64,000 nucleotides of DNA from an uncultured Acidobacteriota bacterium (GTDB taxonomy: Bacteria; Acidobacteriota; Thermoanaerobaculia; Multivoradales; JAHEKO01): assembly GCA_963713825.1 (NCBI GenBank), contig CAVQNG010000003.1, positions 512,001-576,000 on the forward strand, in the 5' to 3' direction. The position numbers and the translations under genes were made by a program. The first letter of the stretch is position 1; each line of letters starts with the position of its first letter. This document shows, one piece after another, positions 9,284 through 17,574 of the stretch. Under the pieces are notes generated by a model that saw only the letters and a program-made list of their open reading frames with translations, did not search any database and had not been told where the DNA came from.

Positions 9284-9607
9284 TCAAGGCGTCAGCCTTG
9301 TGCTCACTTCCCGCTGCGAGCCGTCAGGGTTCTGCCAGGCGACGATGGCATTGAAATGAATTCCTGTCCCGGTGGTGATGATGGCCTGCACTGACCGCTG
9401 CTCGCCGGCGCCGAGCTCGGCAATGGGGAACTTCTTCTCCAATTCACTTTCCAGCACAGGAGTGTTCTTGTCGCCTTCTGACTCGATCCTCAGCTCCACG
9501 TTGCGAGCCGCTGCGGGACCCTCGTTCTCGACTGTGAAATGGCGATCCCCACCGACACCGCTGAGGAAAACCAGCACATCCGCCGTCACGGGATTGTCAG
9601 CTTGCAT
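9284..9607 (-). CDS. hypothetical protein (small beta-sandwich/CARDB-like)
   Basis: GGAGAAAGGA RBS; VENEGPAAARNV...L-GAGEQR pattern. Confidence 0.55.
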   Translation of the reverse strand: MQADNPVTADVLVFLSGVGGDRHFTVENEGPAAARNVELRIESEGDKNTPVLESELEKKFPIAELGAGEQRSVQAIITTGTGIHFNAIVAWQNPDGSQREVSTRLTP

Positions 9608-9754
9608 CTTCCTTTCTCCTCCGTCGGGCTTTCGAGCCCGTCTTCGATGAGACCATTTGCGGGGCCTAATATATCCTTCCCCTTCTGATCGTCGACACCT
9701 ACCTTGACGGCTGACCCGAACGCACCTGTGACCACCTGCGAGGATTCACCGACC

Positions 9755-11008
9755 ATGACGCGAGATCTCACAGATCTGGCTCAACGAATCGCCAACCAGG
9801 CCCCGGAGGAGTTGAACCTCACCAACGGCCAGCATCTCGATCTGGCTACCCAGGCCGCCGATGCGATTCTCGACGCTGTGGCCTCCCACGAGGAGCTGGT
9901 GGTTTTCGAGCAGCGGTTGTTCGAAGCGGATCAGGCGGCTCCGCTCCTCGTCCACCTGGCGGCCAAGCTCGCTTGCAGCAAGAGCCTCGTAAAGAGGCTG
10001 CCAGATCCCGCCCATCTGTCGGTGATCTTCGCGATGTACAAGGAGCACAACCGGATCCTGGAGCCCGAGGCGCACCCTCACGGAGAGGACTTCCTGCGTC
10101 GCAAGGCCGCTCAGCTCGAGTGGCTCTTCGAGGGGAATGAGCACATCGACTGGCGGATCTTCGCCGTCGATGACGGCTGTCCCGAAGGTAGCGGTCAGAT
10201 CGCGCAGCAGATCCTGCAGCAATCCGGACCCGAGCTGCGTGCCGAAGTCTTGTTCCTCGAAGAGGCCATTCGTCGGGAGGTGCCTGTGACCCGGCCCCTC
10301 GAGCAGACATCCGACAGCCAGAAGGGTGGCTCGATCCAGCTCGGCATGTGGCATGCCGCTCAGCGGAACGACCCCGGGCATGTCGTCTTGTTCACGGATG
10401 CCGACCTCTCGACTCACCTCGGGCAGGCCGGGCTTCTGATGGTTCCGATTCTGGCCGAGGGGGCCGATGCCGCAATCGGGTCACGTCGCGAAACCACTTC
10501 GGTAGCCATCAAGAAGGGCAAGCGCAATGTGCGCGGCAAGCTCTTCATCTACCTGTGGAAGCGACTGTTGCCCACGCTCGCCCGCGTCGTCGACACGCAG
10601 TGCGGGTTCAAGGCCTTTCGAGCCGATGTGGCCCGTACCATCGTCGTCGATTCTCTGGAGAAAAAATTCGCTTTCGACATCGAGCTGCTGCTGCGCACCG
10701 AGCTGGCCCGACCCGGCTCGATCGCCAAGGTGCCGATCGCGTGGATCGACAGTGAGGCGGCGTCGACCACGACCGACCTCGAGCCTTACCTGCCGATGCT
10801 CCAGAGTATTGTCGGTTTCTACCGCCACTACCTGACAGCCAATCCGGAGTCCGACACCTTCGCAGCGTTCATCGAGGGTCTCGACGAAGAGTCATGGAAT
10901 CGCCTCCTGGAATCGATCCCCGCCGAGATTGCTGAGGGCGACCCCAACCACTTCGGTGATCACGCACCGGTCACTACCGCCGATCTGCAAGCGATCCTCG
11001 CCTGCTGA
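9755..11008 (+). CDS. glycosyltransferase family 2 (polyprenol-phosphate glycosyltransferase-like)
   Basis: VDDGCPEGS, KGG, FTDADLS, IGSR, DTQCGFKAF, FAFDIELL. Confidence 0.85.
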   Translation: MTRDLTDLAQRIANQAPEELNLTNGQHLDLATQAADAILDAVASHEELVVFEQRLFEADQAAPLLVHLAAKLACSKSLVKRLPDPAHLSVIFAMYKEHNRILEPEAHPHGEDFLRRKAAQLEWLFEGNEHIDWRIFAVDDGCPEGSGQIAQQILQQSGPELRAEVLFLEEAIRREVPVTRPLEQTSDSQKGGSIQLGMWHAAQRNDPGHVVLFTDADLSTHLGQAGLLMVPILAEGADAAIGSRRETTSVAIKKGKRNVRGKLFIYLWKRLLPTLARVVDTQCGFKAFRADVARTIVVDSLEKKFAFDIELLLRTELARPGSIAKVPIAWIDSEAASTTTDLEPYLPMLQSIVGFYRHYLTANPESDTFAAFIEGLDEESWNRLLESIPAEIAEGDPNHFGDHAPVTTADLQAILAC

Positions 11009-11029
11009 TCGCTGATTGTCGGAGGCCCG

Positions 11030-11555
11030 TCCGGGTGGTTCGCCTCGAGGGTTGAGGCGCCCGTCGTGCCTCCGACCGTTCTTTGAGGGCTTGGGGGCTG
11101 AACCGTCCGTCGTCCCTCCGGCCGGCCTCTAGGGGCTTGGGGGAACCAAACTGGGCGGGCCCCAGACCCCTAATCGCCCAGACGTCCCCTATTGCCATCA
11201 GCGGTGCTCAAGAGGTTCGTTCGGGTGGTTCGTCAGGGGGTGCCGAGTCGAGCGCAGCGCAAGGGCCATCGAAGAGCACAAGAGATCCGGCGCGATGACG
11301 AGACAAGGTGGCGGCCCGTCCATTGCAGTCTGAGTAGCCGACGCCGTCCCCCAGGCGGATCACCCGGACGGACTTCCCGGAACCAACAGAGGTAATAGGG
11401 GCATAAGGGCTTAGGGGACTCTTGACCAAGCGGCATCCAGGGTTCGGCGTGGGACCCCCACACTGCCCCAAAGGCCGGCCGAAACGAAGTGCGGTCGGCT
11501 CAGCCCCCAAGCCCTCAAAGAACGGTCGGACGAAGTCCGAACGCTTCAACCCCCT
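11030..11555. repeat. composite cluster of dispersed repeat modules including a ~190-nt element
   Basis: Inverted GAGGGCTTGGGGGCTG modules at both ends; 11190-11376 homologous to 56137-56340; degenerate TAGGGGC 8-mers at ~11396-11418. Confidence 0.75.
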
Positions 11556-11560
11556 CGCTC

Positions 11561-12331
11561 TCATTGCTGAGCAATGAGGGCGAGGGTATTGTCGACGAGG
11601 TCCCAGCCGCCGGGCTGCCCGTGGCCCGGGACGATCAGGGCCGCTGTGGGATAGCGCGCTCTCACCTTCTCAACGCTCGCCGCCCAACGGTCGACTTCGG
11701 CATCCCCCAGATAGCCGATGTGCTTCGTGGCCGCGTTCTTGATCAGACAACCGCCGAACAGCACCTTGCGGTCTTCAAGCCAAACCACGATGTTGTCGTG
11801 ACTGTGACCGGGCCCCGGATAGAACAGCTCCAGGTGGTCCCCACCCAATGACAGCTCCATGCTCTGCGCGAAAAGCACTTTCGGCGGCTGGCTGCCGTCT
11901 TCGCGGGCGAGCTCTGCCGTCAGGGACAGGCCGTAGGTTGGAACCCCTCGTCGGTGGACAGCTTCGATCCCTCCCATGCAGTCCGAGTGGAAGTGGGTTG
12001 CGATGACACCTGCTACCGAGAGCCCGCGATCCTTTTCGATCCAATCCAGTAGGCGCTCAGTCTGGTCCTCGGTCCAGGGGGTGTCGATCAGCAGTGCCTC
12101 TTTCTCAGTCATCAGTAGAAGCCCATTGGCAGGCGTCGGTCTGCTGACCAGGACAAATGTGGAGACATGTCTCCAGAGCCCCGGCTCCAACTCGATCAGC
12201 TTCAGATCCTCGGCCAGGGTGATCTCAGCTGGTTGCGATGACGACTCCTGCGCGAGCAGATGGCAAAAGCCTGCGGTAGTCCACATCCACAGGAAAATGA
12301 CAAGCCAGAGTTGTCGACTCATTCGGACCAT
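11561..12331 (-). CDS. bla: subclass B1 metallo-beta-lactamase
   Basis: Signal peptide; NG..LLIDTPW; THFHSDCMGG; YPGPGHS; LFGGCLIK; GYLGDA; VPGHG, i.e. all six Zn ligands (H,H,D,H,C,H). Confidence 0.88.
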   Translation of the reverse strand: MVRMSRQLWLVIFLWMWTTAGFCHLLAQESSSQPAEITLAEDLKLIELEPGLWRHVSTFVLVSRPTPANGLLLMTEKEALLIDTPWTEDQTERLLDWIEKDRGLSVAGVIATHFHSDCMGGIEAVHRRGVPTYGLSLTAELAREDGSQPPKVLFAQSMELSLGGDHLELFYPGPGHSHDNIVVWLEDRKVLFGGCLIKNAATKHIGYLGDAEVDRWAASVEKVRARYPTAALIVPGHGQPGGWDLVDNTLALIAQQ

Positions 12332-12399
12332 GGTCACAATTCTCCCGTTACTGCGATCCGACCTGCAAGCCATCCTGAAACCCTGACCGTTCTGCCCAT

Positions 12400-12600
12400 A
12401 TGAGGTCCGTCCAGGTGGTCCGCAGGCGGACGGCGTCGGCTACTCAGACTGCAACGGGGGGCCCACGCCGAATCCTCACACAACCTACGACTCAGATGAA
12501 TGCCCGCTGCCTCAAAGGTAGGCCGGAGGTACGACAGGCTCCTCAACCCCCAAGCCCCAAAGATCGGCTGGGAGGTACGACCGGCCGCCTCAACCCCTCT
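12400..12600 (-). repeat. dispersed repeat cluster (inverted relative to 11.3 kb copy)
   Basis: 12428-12454 is the exact reverse complement of 11323-11349; CTCAACCCCCAAGCCCCAAAG module at ~12542. Confidence 0.75.
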
Positions 12601-13378
12601 TCCTTCGTCGGGCGAAGAGGAGGCCCGACCAGGTCTCGTCGATAGAGCAGATCTTGTAGTCCACGAAGTCCGCGTCCAAGCCGAATGACCGCACGGCCGC
12701 CTGCGTGAGATCGGTAGTAACACCTGATGCCTTCTTGGGCCAGGCGATCCACAGCCCGCCGCTTTCGGCCAAGCAGCGGGTCGCGGTCGGAAATCGCCGC
12801 CCCATCTCGGCCTTGGATTTGACGAAAAGGAGGATCAGAGTCGCGGCCCCTCGCGCGCTACGCTTGAAGCGCACGTTCTCCGGAAGGGGCTGCAGCACCG
12901 CCTCGAAGTCTTCCGGAGCGCCGAGCAGGGCCACAACCGAATCGGGCTTGATTCCCAGTTTGCGAGGCAAGGGTGTCCCCGAATAGCCCGCCAGCGCTGA
13001 AGAAGGTACAACCGGGTCAGCAGGAGGATTGGCGATGGCGTGCTGGAGTCCGCTGCTGATTCGGGCCCACGGGATATAGATCGCATCGGGCAGTGCTGCC
13101 TCGATCTTGGCGCTCTTCTCAGGCTCGCCACCGGCGAAGACGAGCGGTAGGAAGCGACTACTCTTCGATTGTCGAAGGAGAAAGGCCACGTCCCGTCCCT
13201 GACTGGGTATGCGATCCAGATCGATCACCACAGCGTCGGGTGGATCGGCCCGAATGCGCCTCAGGGTCGGCGGCCCCTGAAAGGGCTCATAGGTCACCCG
13301 GTAGCCCGCTTTCTCCAACGCACTCACGCGGGCCTGGGCCTCGGCCGGCTTCCAATGAATGAGCTGCACCCGTTGCAT
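12590..13378 (-). CDS. receiver-like domain fused to DUF3052-like domain
   Basis: N-terminal PDAVVIDL..G receiver-like fold; C-terminal AGYSGTPLPRKLGIK, GGLWIAWPKKAS, VDYKICSIDETWSGL. Confidence 0.75.
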   Translation of the reverse strand: MQRVQLIHWKPAEAQARVSALEKAGYRVTYEPFQGPPTLRRIRADPPDAVVIDLDRIPSQGRDVAFLLRQSKSSRFLPLVFAGGEPEKSAKIEAALPDAIYIPWARISSGLQHAIANPPADPVVPSSALAGYSGTPLPRKLGIKPDSVVALLGAPEDFEAVLQPLPENVRFKRSARGAATLILLFVKSKAEMGRRFPTATRCLAESGGLWIAWPKKASGVTTDLTQAAVRSFGLDADFVDYKICSIDETWSGLLFARRRKRG

Positions 13379-13902
13379 CAGGCGACTCCTGCTGCCTCCC
13401 ATGAGGCCTTGTCGATGCCGTAGACACCGACCTCGTCTCCAAAGAAATCGACGGTTCTTTCGAACTGCTCTCCAAGCCGCTTGGCCAGCGCGAGAGATCT
13501 CGTGTTGTCCGGATGAATGAGACTGATCACATGTTCACGCTCTAGCTTCAGAAAGGCATGCTCGAGGGCCACCTGCGCCGCTTCGAAAGCCAGTCCGTGC
13601 CCCCAGAAGGGCCGGGCGAGAGCCCATCCCAGTTCGAAACCGGGCCAACCCGGTGGGTCGATGAAGCCGACCCGACCCACGAAAGCACCGGTCTGTCGAT
13701 CTTCGAGAGCCCACATTCCATATCCCAGGAGCTGCCAATGGCCCAAGATCGCGGCTATCTGTCGCCAGCTCTCTCCCCGGGTCCAGGTGCGACCTCCAAG
13801 GAAGCGCATCACCTCCGTGTCGGAACACATCTGGGCATAGGACTCGAGATCGCTCTCGGTGAAGAGGCGCAGAATCAGACGTCTGGTGTCGAGAGTGCTC
13901 AT
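13378..13902 (-). CDS. GNAT N-acetyltransferase (RimJ/RimL family)
   Basis: LDTRRLILR, ELGWAL..FWGHGLA-EAA, IHPDNTRS..LAKRLG. Confidence 0.88.
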   Translation of the reverse strand: MSTLDTRRLILRLFTESDLESYAQMCSDTEVMRFLGGRTWTRGESWRQIAAILGHWQLLGYGMWALEDRQTGAFVGRVGFIDPPGWPGFELGWALARPFWGHGLAFEAAQVALEHAFLKLEREHVISLIHPDNTRSLALAKRLGEQFERTVDFFGDEVGVYGIDKASWEAAGVA

Positions 13903-13918
13903 GGCGCCCCGCTGCAAC

Positions 13919-14218
13919 TCAGCCCAGCAGACGGTACTTCCTGAGGTCCAGCTCCTGAGCCAGCAGGTCCGGAAACTCCTGCAGTGCGCTGGCAATATGG
14001 TCCGTGCTGAAATGGGCCTCGAGTGCCGATTCGCCCTGCCACTCCTCGATAAAGGTGAACTCCCGGCGATCCTCGAGGTTCTCGAGGAGCTCGTAGCCGA
14101 TGCAGCCCGGCTCCTCGCGGGTAGGCTCGATCAGGCCGACCAACACTTGCTTGAGATCGGCTTCCTTACCTGGCTGTGCTCTAACTCGGGCAATGACTCT
14201 CAGCGTGCTGTCTGCCAT
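13919..14218 (-). CDS. antibiotic biosynthesis monooxygenase (putative quinol monooxygenase)
   Basis: TREEPGCIGYEL, FIEEW...ALEAHF..H. Confidence 0.85.
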   Translation of the reverse strand: MADSTLRVIARVRAQPGKEADLKQVLVGLIEPTREEPGCIGYELLENLEDRREFTFIEEWQGESALEAHFSTDHIASALQEFPDLLAQELDLRKYRLLG

Positions 14219-14272
14219 GGCAGTCTCCTCTCCAATTCCCATCCCAGACCCTTTGGCCCTAACCAATACCGC

Positions 14273-14953
14273 TCATCGAGTGGCCTTGGATCTTCTCGCC
14301 ACGGCCTTGCGGATGTAGGTGGGGGCATCAGGCGTCTTGCAGCTCGTCTCGCCGTGATCCACCTCCACCTTACCGATCCTCTTGGCCGCCGCAAGAGCCT
14401 TGCGCTCGAGCTTCGGATTGCGGATTCCGATCGCGATCAGGGCGCTGTTCATGGAATGACGGCTTCTGTTCTTGCGGCCGTGAATCTCGGTCTCGATCGT
14501 CGCGAGATACTCTTCGAGCTCCTTGTCTGTCAGCTCGGGATCCTGTCTCGCCAGTCGGGCCAACACATTCCACCCCGCCGCACCGACAAACTCCTGGGCG
14601 GACCTGGTCCACCTACCGACCTTGGTCTTCGCAAATGGAGTCTGGCTCACCAGGTCGGAGAACGCGTCGGTCAGGACATAGTTGTCCAGATCCCGCACCC
14701 AGGCATCCAATAGCGAGCTTCGGATCTCCTCCGGATCAGCGATCATGGCCGCGAGGATCCGTGCGTCGTGGTTGCCGCTCTCCCAAAGGCCGATTGCCAA
14801 CTCCGTGTCGCCTCTGTTCTTCTTGGCCAGTTTTCCCTGGTTTGCATAGCTCACACCATACAGGGGATCGCCGACCCCGTGACGTCGATAGACCTTGCGA
14901 TTCTGCCCGGTCCCAGCAGCCTCTAGAGCTGCCAGCGCACGTTTCAGATCCAT
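14273..14953 (-). CDS. DNA alkylation repair protein (AlkD-like HEAT-repeat family)
   Basis: YGVSYA, LWESGNHDARILA, MNSALIAIG, IGKVEVDHGETSCKTPDA. Confidence 0.8.
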   Translation of the reverse strand: MDLKRALAALEAAGTGQNRKVYRRHGVGDPLYGVSYANQGKLAKKNRGDTELAIGLWESGNHDARILAAMIADPEEIRSSLLDAWVRDLDNYVLTDAFSDLVSQTPFAKTKVGRWTRSAQEFVGAAGWNVLARLARQDPELTDKELEEYLATIETEIHGRKNRSRHSMNSALIAIGIRNPKLERKALAAAKRIGKVEVDHGETSCKTPDAPTYIRKAVARRSKATR

Positions 14954-15093
14954 ATTCGCTCCAACCGATGATGAGCTGCTGCCGCCAATTCTGCCACAAC
15001 CCTCGAACAGAGGGAGCCCACCGCTTTCCGGTTCAGGCCAGGGCGTATACTTCAAGCCTCGGGGTGACGGCATAACTCCGTCGAGGATTCATC

Positions 15094-15840
15094 ATGGACT
15101 CGGATGTACGCATCGTTAGCCAAGGCGCTTTGACCTCCATTCCGACGGTCGAGTGGAAACAACTGGTCCTGGCAGCGATCAAGAGGGGCCGAAAGCGTCT
15201 CGACTTCATGTCCGACGAGCACCATGCGATTCGACGGTCCGCAGTCACCGAGCTGGTTCGAACCGGACAGCCCATCGCACCCGAGACCTTCTCTCGGCAG
15301 CTGGGAATCTCGACTTCGCGCACGGACGAAATCCTCGACGACCTGGAGCGCAATCTCTTCTTCTTGGTACGCAACGAAGAAGGGGCGGTCTCTTGGGCCT
15401 TTCCCGTGACGGCGGACCGCACTCCTCACGAGCTCACTTTCAGTACAGGGGAACGCCTCTACGGCGCCTGAGCGGAGGACGCCTTCATAGCGCCCTTCGT
15501 GCAAGGGCGATTGACCGACAGGTTCACCAAGGCCACGATCGAGACGTCCTGCGGCCACTGCGATCAGCCAATGCGACTGACCGTCGACAGTGAGATGAAG
15601 GTTCAAGTGGAGTTGGCCGGATCGAAACCGCTGTTCTTCGAGCCCCAGATCGACTGGCCGAGGTTCCAAGAGCCCAACATCATCCACGCCTACTGACGCA
15701 ATAGCGTCTTCTTCTGGTCAGAAGATCACGCCCTGGAGCACTTCGAAGCCGGCAAGCTCGTCGACGGAGATCTCCTGACGCTCGAGCACAGTTCGTACGC
15801 TTCACCGATCGGCCAGGCTGCCTTGTTTGGCCTGGACTGA
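15094..15840 (+). CDS. MerB (alkylmercury lyase)-like protein with two in-frame TGA/Sec codons (15469-15471, 15694-15696), 248 aa
   Basis: One continuous frame: wHTH-like N-terminus...AFPVTADRTPHELTFSTGERLYGA-U-AEDAFIAP...IETSCGHCDQPMRLTV...IIHAY-U-RNSVFFWSEDHA...LFGLD*; aligns with MerB LYAW-C96-ALD99, SH-C117 and SF-C159-CHVHFFAS; a hairpin follows each UGA. Confidence 0.88.
15491..15509 (+). promoter_or_regulatory. putative SECIS for first UGA of MerB-like gene
   Basis: CGCCCUU-CGUGC-AAGGGCG perfect 7-bp stem; loop begins 26 nt after UGA, G at loop position 2. Confidence 0.65.
15710..15725 (+). promoter_or_regulatory. putative SECIS for second UGA of MerB-like gene
   Basis: UCUUCU-GGUC-AGAAGA; GGUC loop (as in the E. 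coli fdhF SECIS) 19 nt after UGA. Confidence 0.7.
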
Positions 15841-15865
15841 TTGGCTTGGCGCGGGCTCGCCTGTC

Positions 15866-16369
15866 CTAGCTCTCTACAGCAGATTTCAGGTCGCGGGGAG
15901 AGAGAACTCCAGCCGAAGTGGCTTCCCCGGTGACGCAACGTCGGTGGTAGTCGATCTGGCCCAGATGGTAGGCGAGGTGGGCCACGAGATGGACCAGGAA
16001 TTCTCCGACAGTCGGCCGAACACCGGCGATCTGCTGCGGAAATGGACGATCCGTGGCGCCCTCTTCCAGACTGGCGAAGGTCGCATCGAGCGCGACGATG
16101 GTCTGGTCGAGCTCGCCCACAAGCTCGGCCACTGAGACGTCACGGCGACTGAACTCCGCCTCCCGGTCGCGGACGAATCCCGAGTCCCCAAGCTGTGCGC
16201 CGACGAAGTGCTGCAGGTTGCCGGCCACATGGAGACCGATCGTGCCAGCCGTGTTCGGCAGGCCTGGTACGGCACGCCAGATGTCGCCTTCGTTCTGGTA
16301 GGCCAGCAGCTCGCTCTTCAGGCCTTGAAGCTCCCGAATCATGATGCGGTGGATGGGCTCGATGAACAC
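15866..16369 (-). CDS. DinB/DUF1572 family protein
   Basis: NTAG..HVAGNLQHF, RDREAEF, HLAYHLGQI; GGAGG RBS before GTG 16369. Confidence 0.82.
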   Translation of the reverse strand: MFIEPIHRIMIRELQGLKSELLAYQNEGDIWRAVPGLPNTAGTIGLHVAGNLQHFVGAQLGDSGFVRDREAEFSRRDVSVAELVGELDQTIVALDATFASLEEGATDRPFPQQIAGVRPTVGEFLVHLVAHLAYHLGQIDYHRRCVTGEATSAGVLSPRDLKSAVES

Positions 16370-16437
16370 GACTCTACCTCCTCCAACACTGGCCGGCGCG
16401 TCGTTGCAAGGGATGACTCTTACAGGATCTCTCTTGC

Positions 16438-16839
16438 TCACTCGCCGCGAGGGGACAAGCGGATCGTCGCCTTTTGCGACGCCACGACTTCGCCGCCTTC
16501 CTGACGCTCGACAGCGTAGACCACGGTGGTCCCATCAGGGCTGATCGCAATCGTGAACTCCAGGATGCCACCCGTCGGTGTCGACGAGGTCACGCTGGCC
16601 GGGTCCTCTCCCTTGGGAAACGCGAGCGTGGGCACCGACAGCACCTCGCCGCTCTCCGCATCCTGGATTTGCGCCGTCACTTCGTAGATCCCGGCCGCTT
16701 CGGAGGACGGCGCGAGATCCAACTCCACCGTCAGCCCAGCGGCCTCGACCGCTGTTGGAATGATCCCGGCAAGGACCAAGACGACCATCAACATCAGGCA
16801 TCGCAACGGGAATCGGTGCACGATCGGTCTCCTCTTCAT
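16438..16839 (-). CDS. hypothetical secreted protein
   Basis: Signal peptide ending VEA; beta-rich mature part. Confidence 0.55.
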   Translation of the reverse strand: MKRRPIVHRFPLRCLMLMVVLVLAGIIPTAVEAAGLTVELDLAPSSEAAGIYEVTAQIQDAESGEVLSVPTLAFPKGEDPASVTSSTPTGGILEFTIAISPDGTTVVYAVERQEGGEVVASQKATIRLSPRGE

Positions 16840-16870
16840 CTCGCTGCCAATCGACACGGCATCGGGAGGG

Positions 16871-17146
16871 TCAATGCCGAACTCCGAAATTGGAGAACTC
16901 TTCGTCGTAGTCCAGCTCTTCCACTCGCACCTGGCGCACGACCGCCAGAGGTGGGCCCTCCCCCACCCACGCGATCAGGGCATCCACGGCCGCAGTCTCA
17001 CCTGCGGCGACGATCTCCACCGAACCGTCTGCCATGTTCCGAGCGTAACCACGGACCCCCAACAGCTTCGCCTCCTGCATGGTGTTGGCTCGGAACCAGA
17101 CACCCTGCACGCGGCCCATCACGATTGCCTTGACCTTCTTCATCAT
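16871..17146 (-). CDS. acyP: acylphosphatase
   Basis: GRVQGVWFR, GYARNMADGSVE, GPPLAVV. Confidence 0.92.
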   Translation of the reverse strand: MMKKVKAIVMGRVQGVWFRANTMQEAKLLGVRGYARNMADGSVEIVAAGETAAVDALIAWVGEGPPLAVVRQVRVEELDYDEEFSNFGVRH

Positions 17147-17238
17147 CGATCGACCCTCGAGGGGGATTGCGCGAACGATAGCACTTCGGGTACCCAGCCC
17201 CGCGTCGATACATTGGATCAGTTGCCGGAAGCGGCGCT

Positions 17239-17490
17239 CTACGAACGACTGGCCAGGGCGTTGTAGAGCCAAGCAAAGATGGCGCCGCCGATCGCACCAT
17301 CCACCAGGCCCCAGACCAGACCCGTCAGACTACCTGTGGCATTGAGTCCATAACCTCGATAGATCTGACCGATAAAGGTCATGCGATCCGACGAACCATC
17401 GAGAATGATGATCCACCAGGTTGCCAGGAACAGCCCTAGTCCCATCAGGAGTCCACAGGTGATCGCGAAAGCCTTGACATCTAGTTTCAT
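17239..17490 (-). CDS. small membrane protein (uncharacterised, holin-like family)
   Basis: 83 aa, hydrophobic helices, IYRGY...GLVWGLVDG..GAIFAWLYN; AAGGAGG RBS. Confidence 0.65.
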   Translation of the reverse strand: MKLDVKAFAITCGLLMGLGLFLATWWIIILDGSSDRMTFIGQIYRGYGLNATGSLTGLVWGLVDGAIGGAIFAWLYNALASRS

Positions 17491-17574
17491 GGCGCCCTCC
17501 TTGCAGACAGCCTACACCCACCGGGACCTCTCGCGTCTCACAACAGGCAAGAAGCCAAACTTGCCCGCCCGAGC

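Noticed and set aside
11030-12600. CRISPR array
   Set aside because: Repeats are degenerate, in mixed orientation, lack regular unique spacers, and no cas genes are present.
4766-15840. Genome-wide UGA reassignment (Trp/Gly) as the explanation for in-frame TGAs
   Set aside because: Many conserved genes (purD, ispH, lpdA, aceF, pckG) end at TGA at their expected lengths; internal TGAs occur only at Cys-equivalent sites followed by hairpins.
15094-15840. Pseudogene interpretation of the MerB-like gene
   Set aside because: Both interruptions are TGA, both fall on the catalytic Cys positions, there are no frameshifts, and each has a SECIS-like hairpin; unlikely for random decay.
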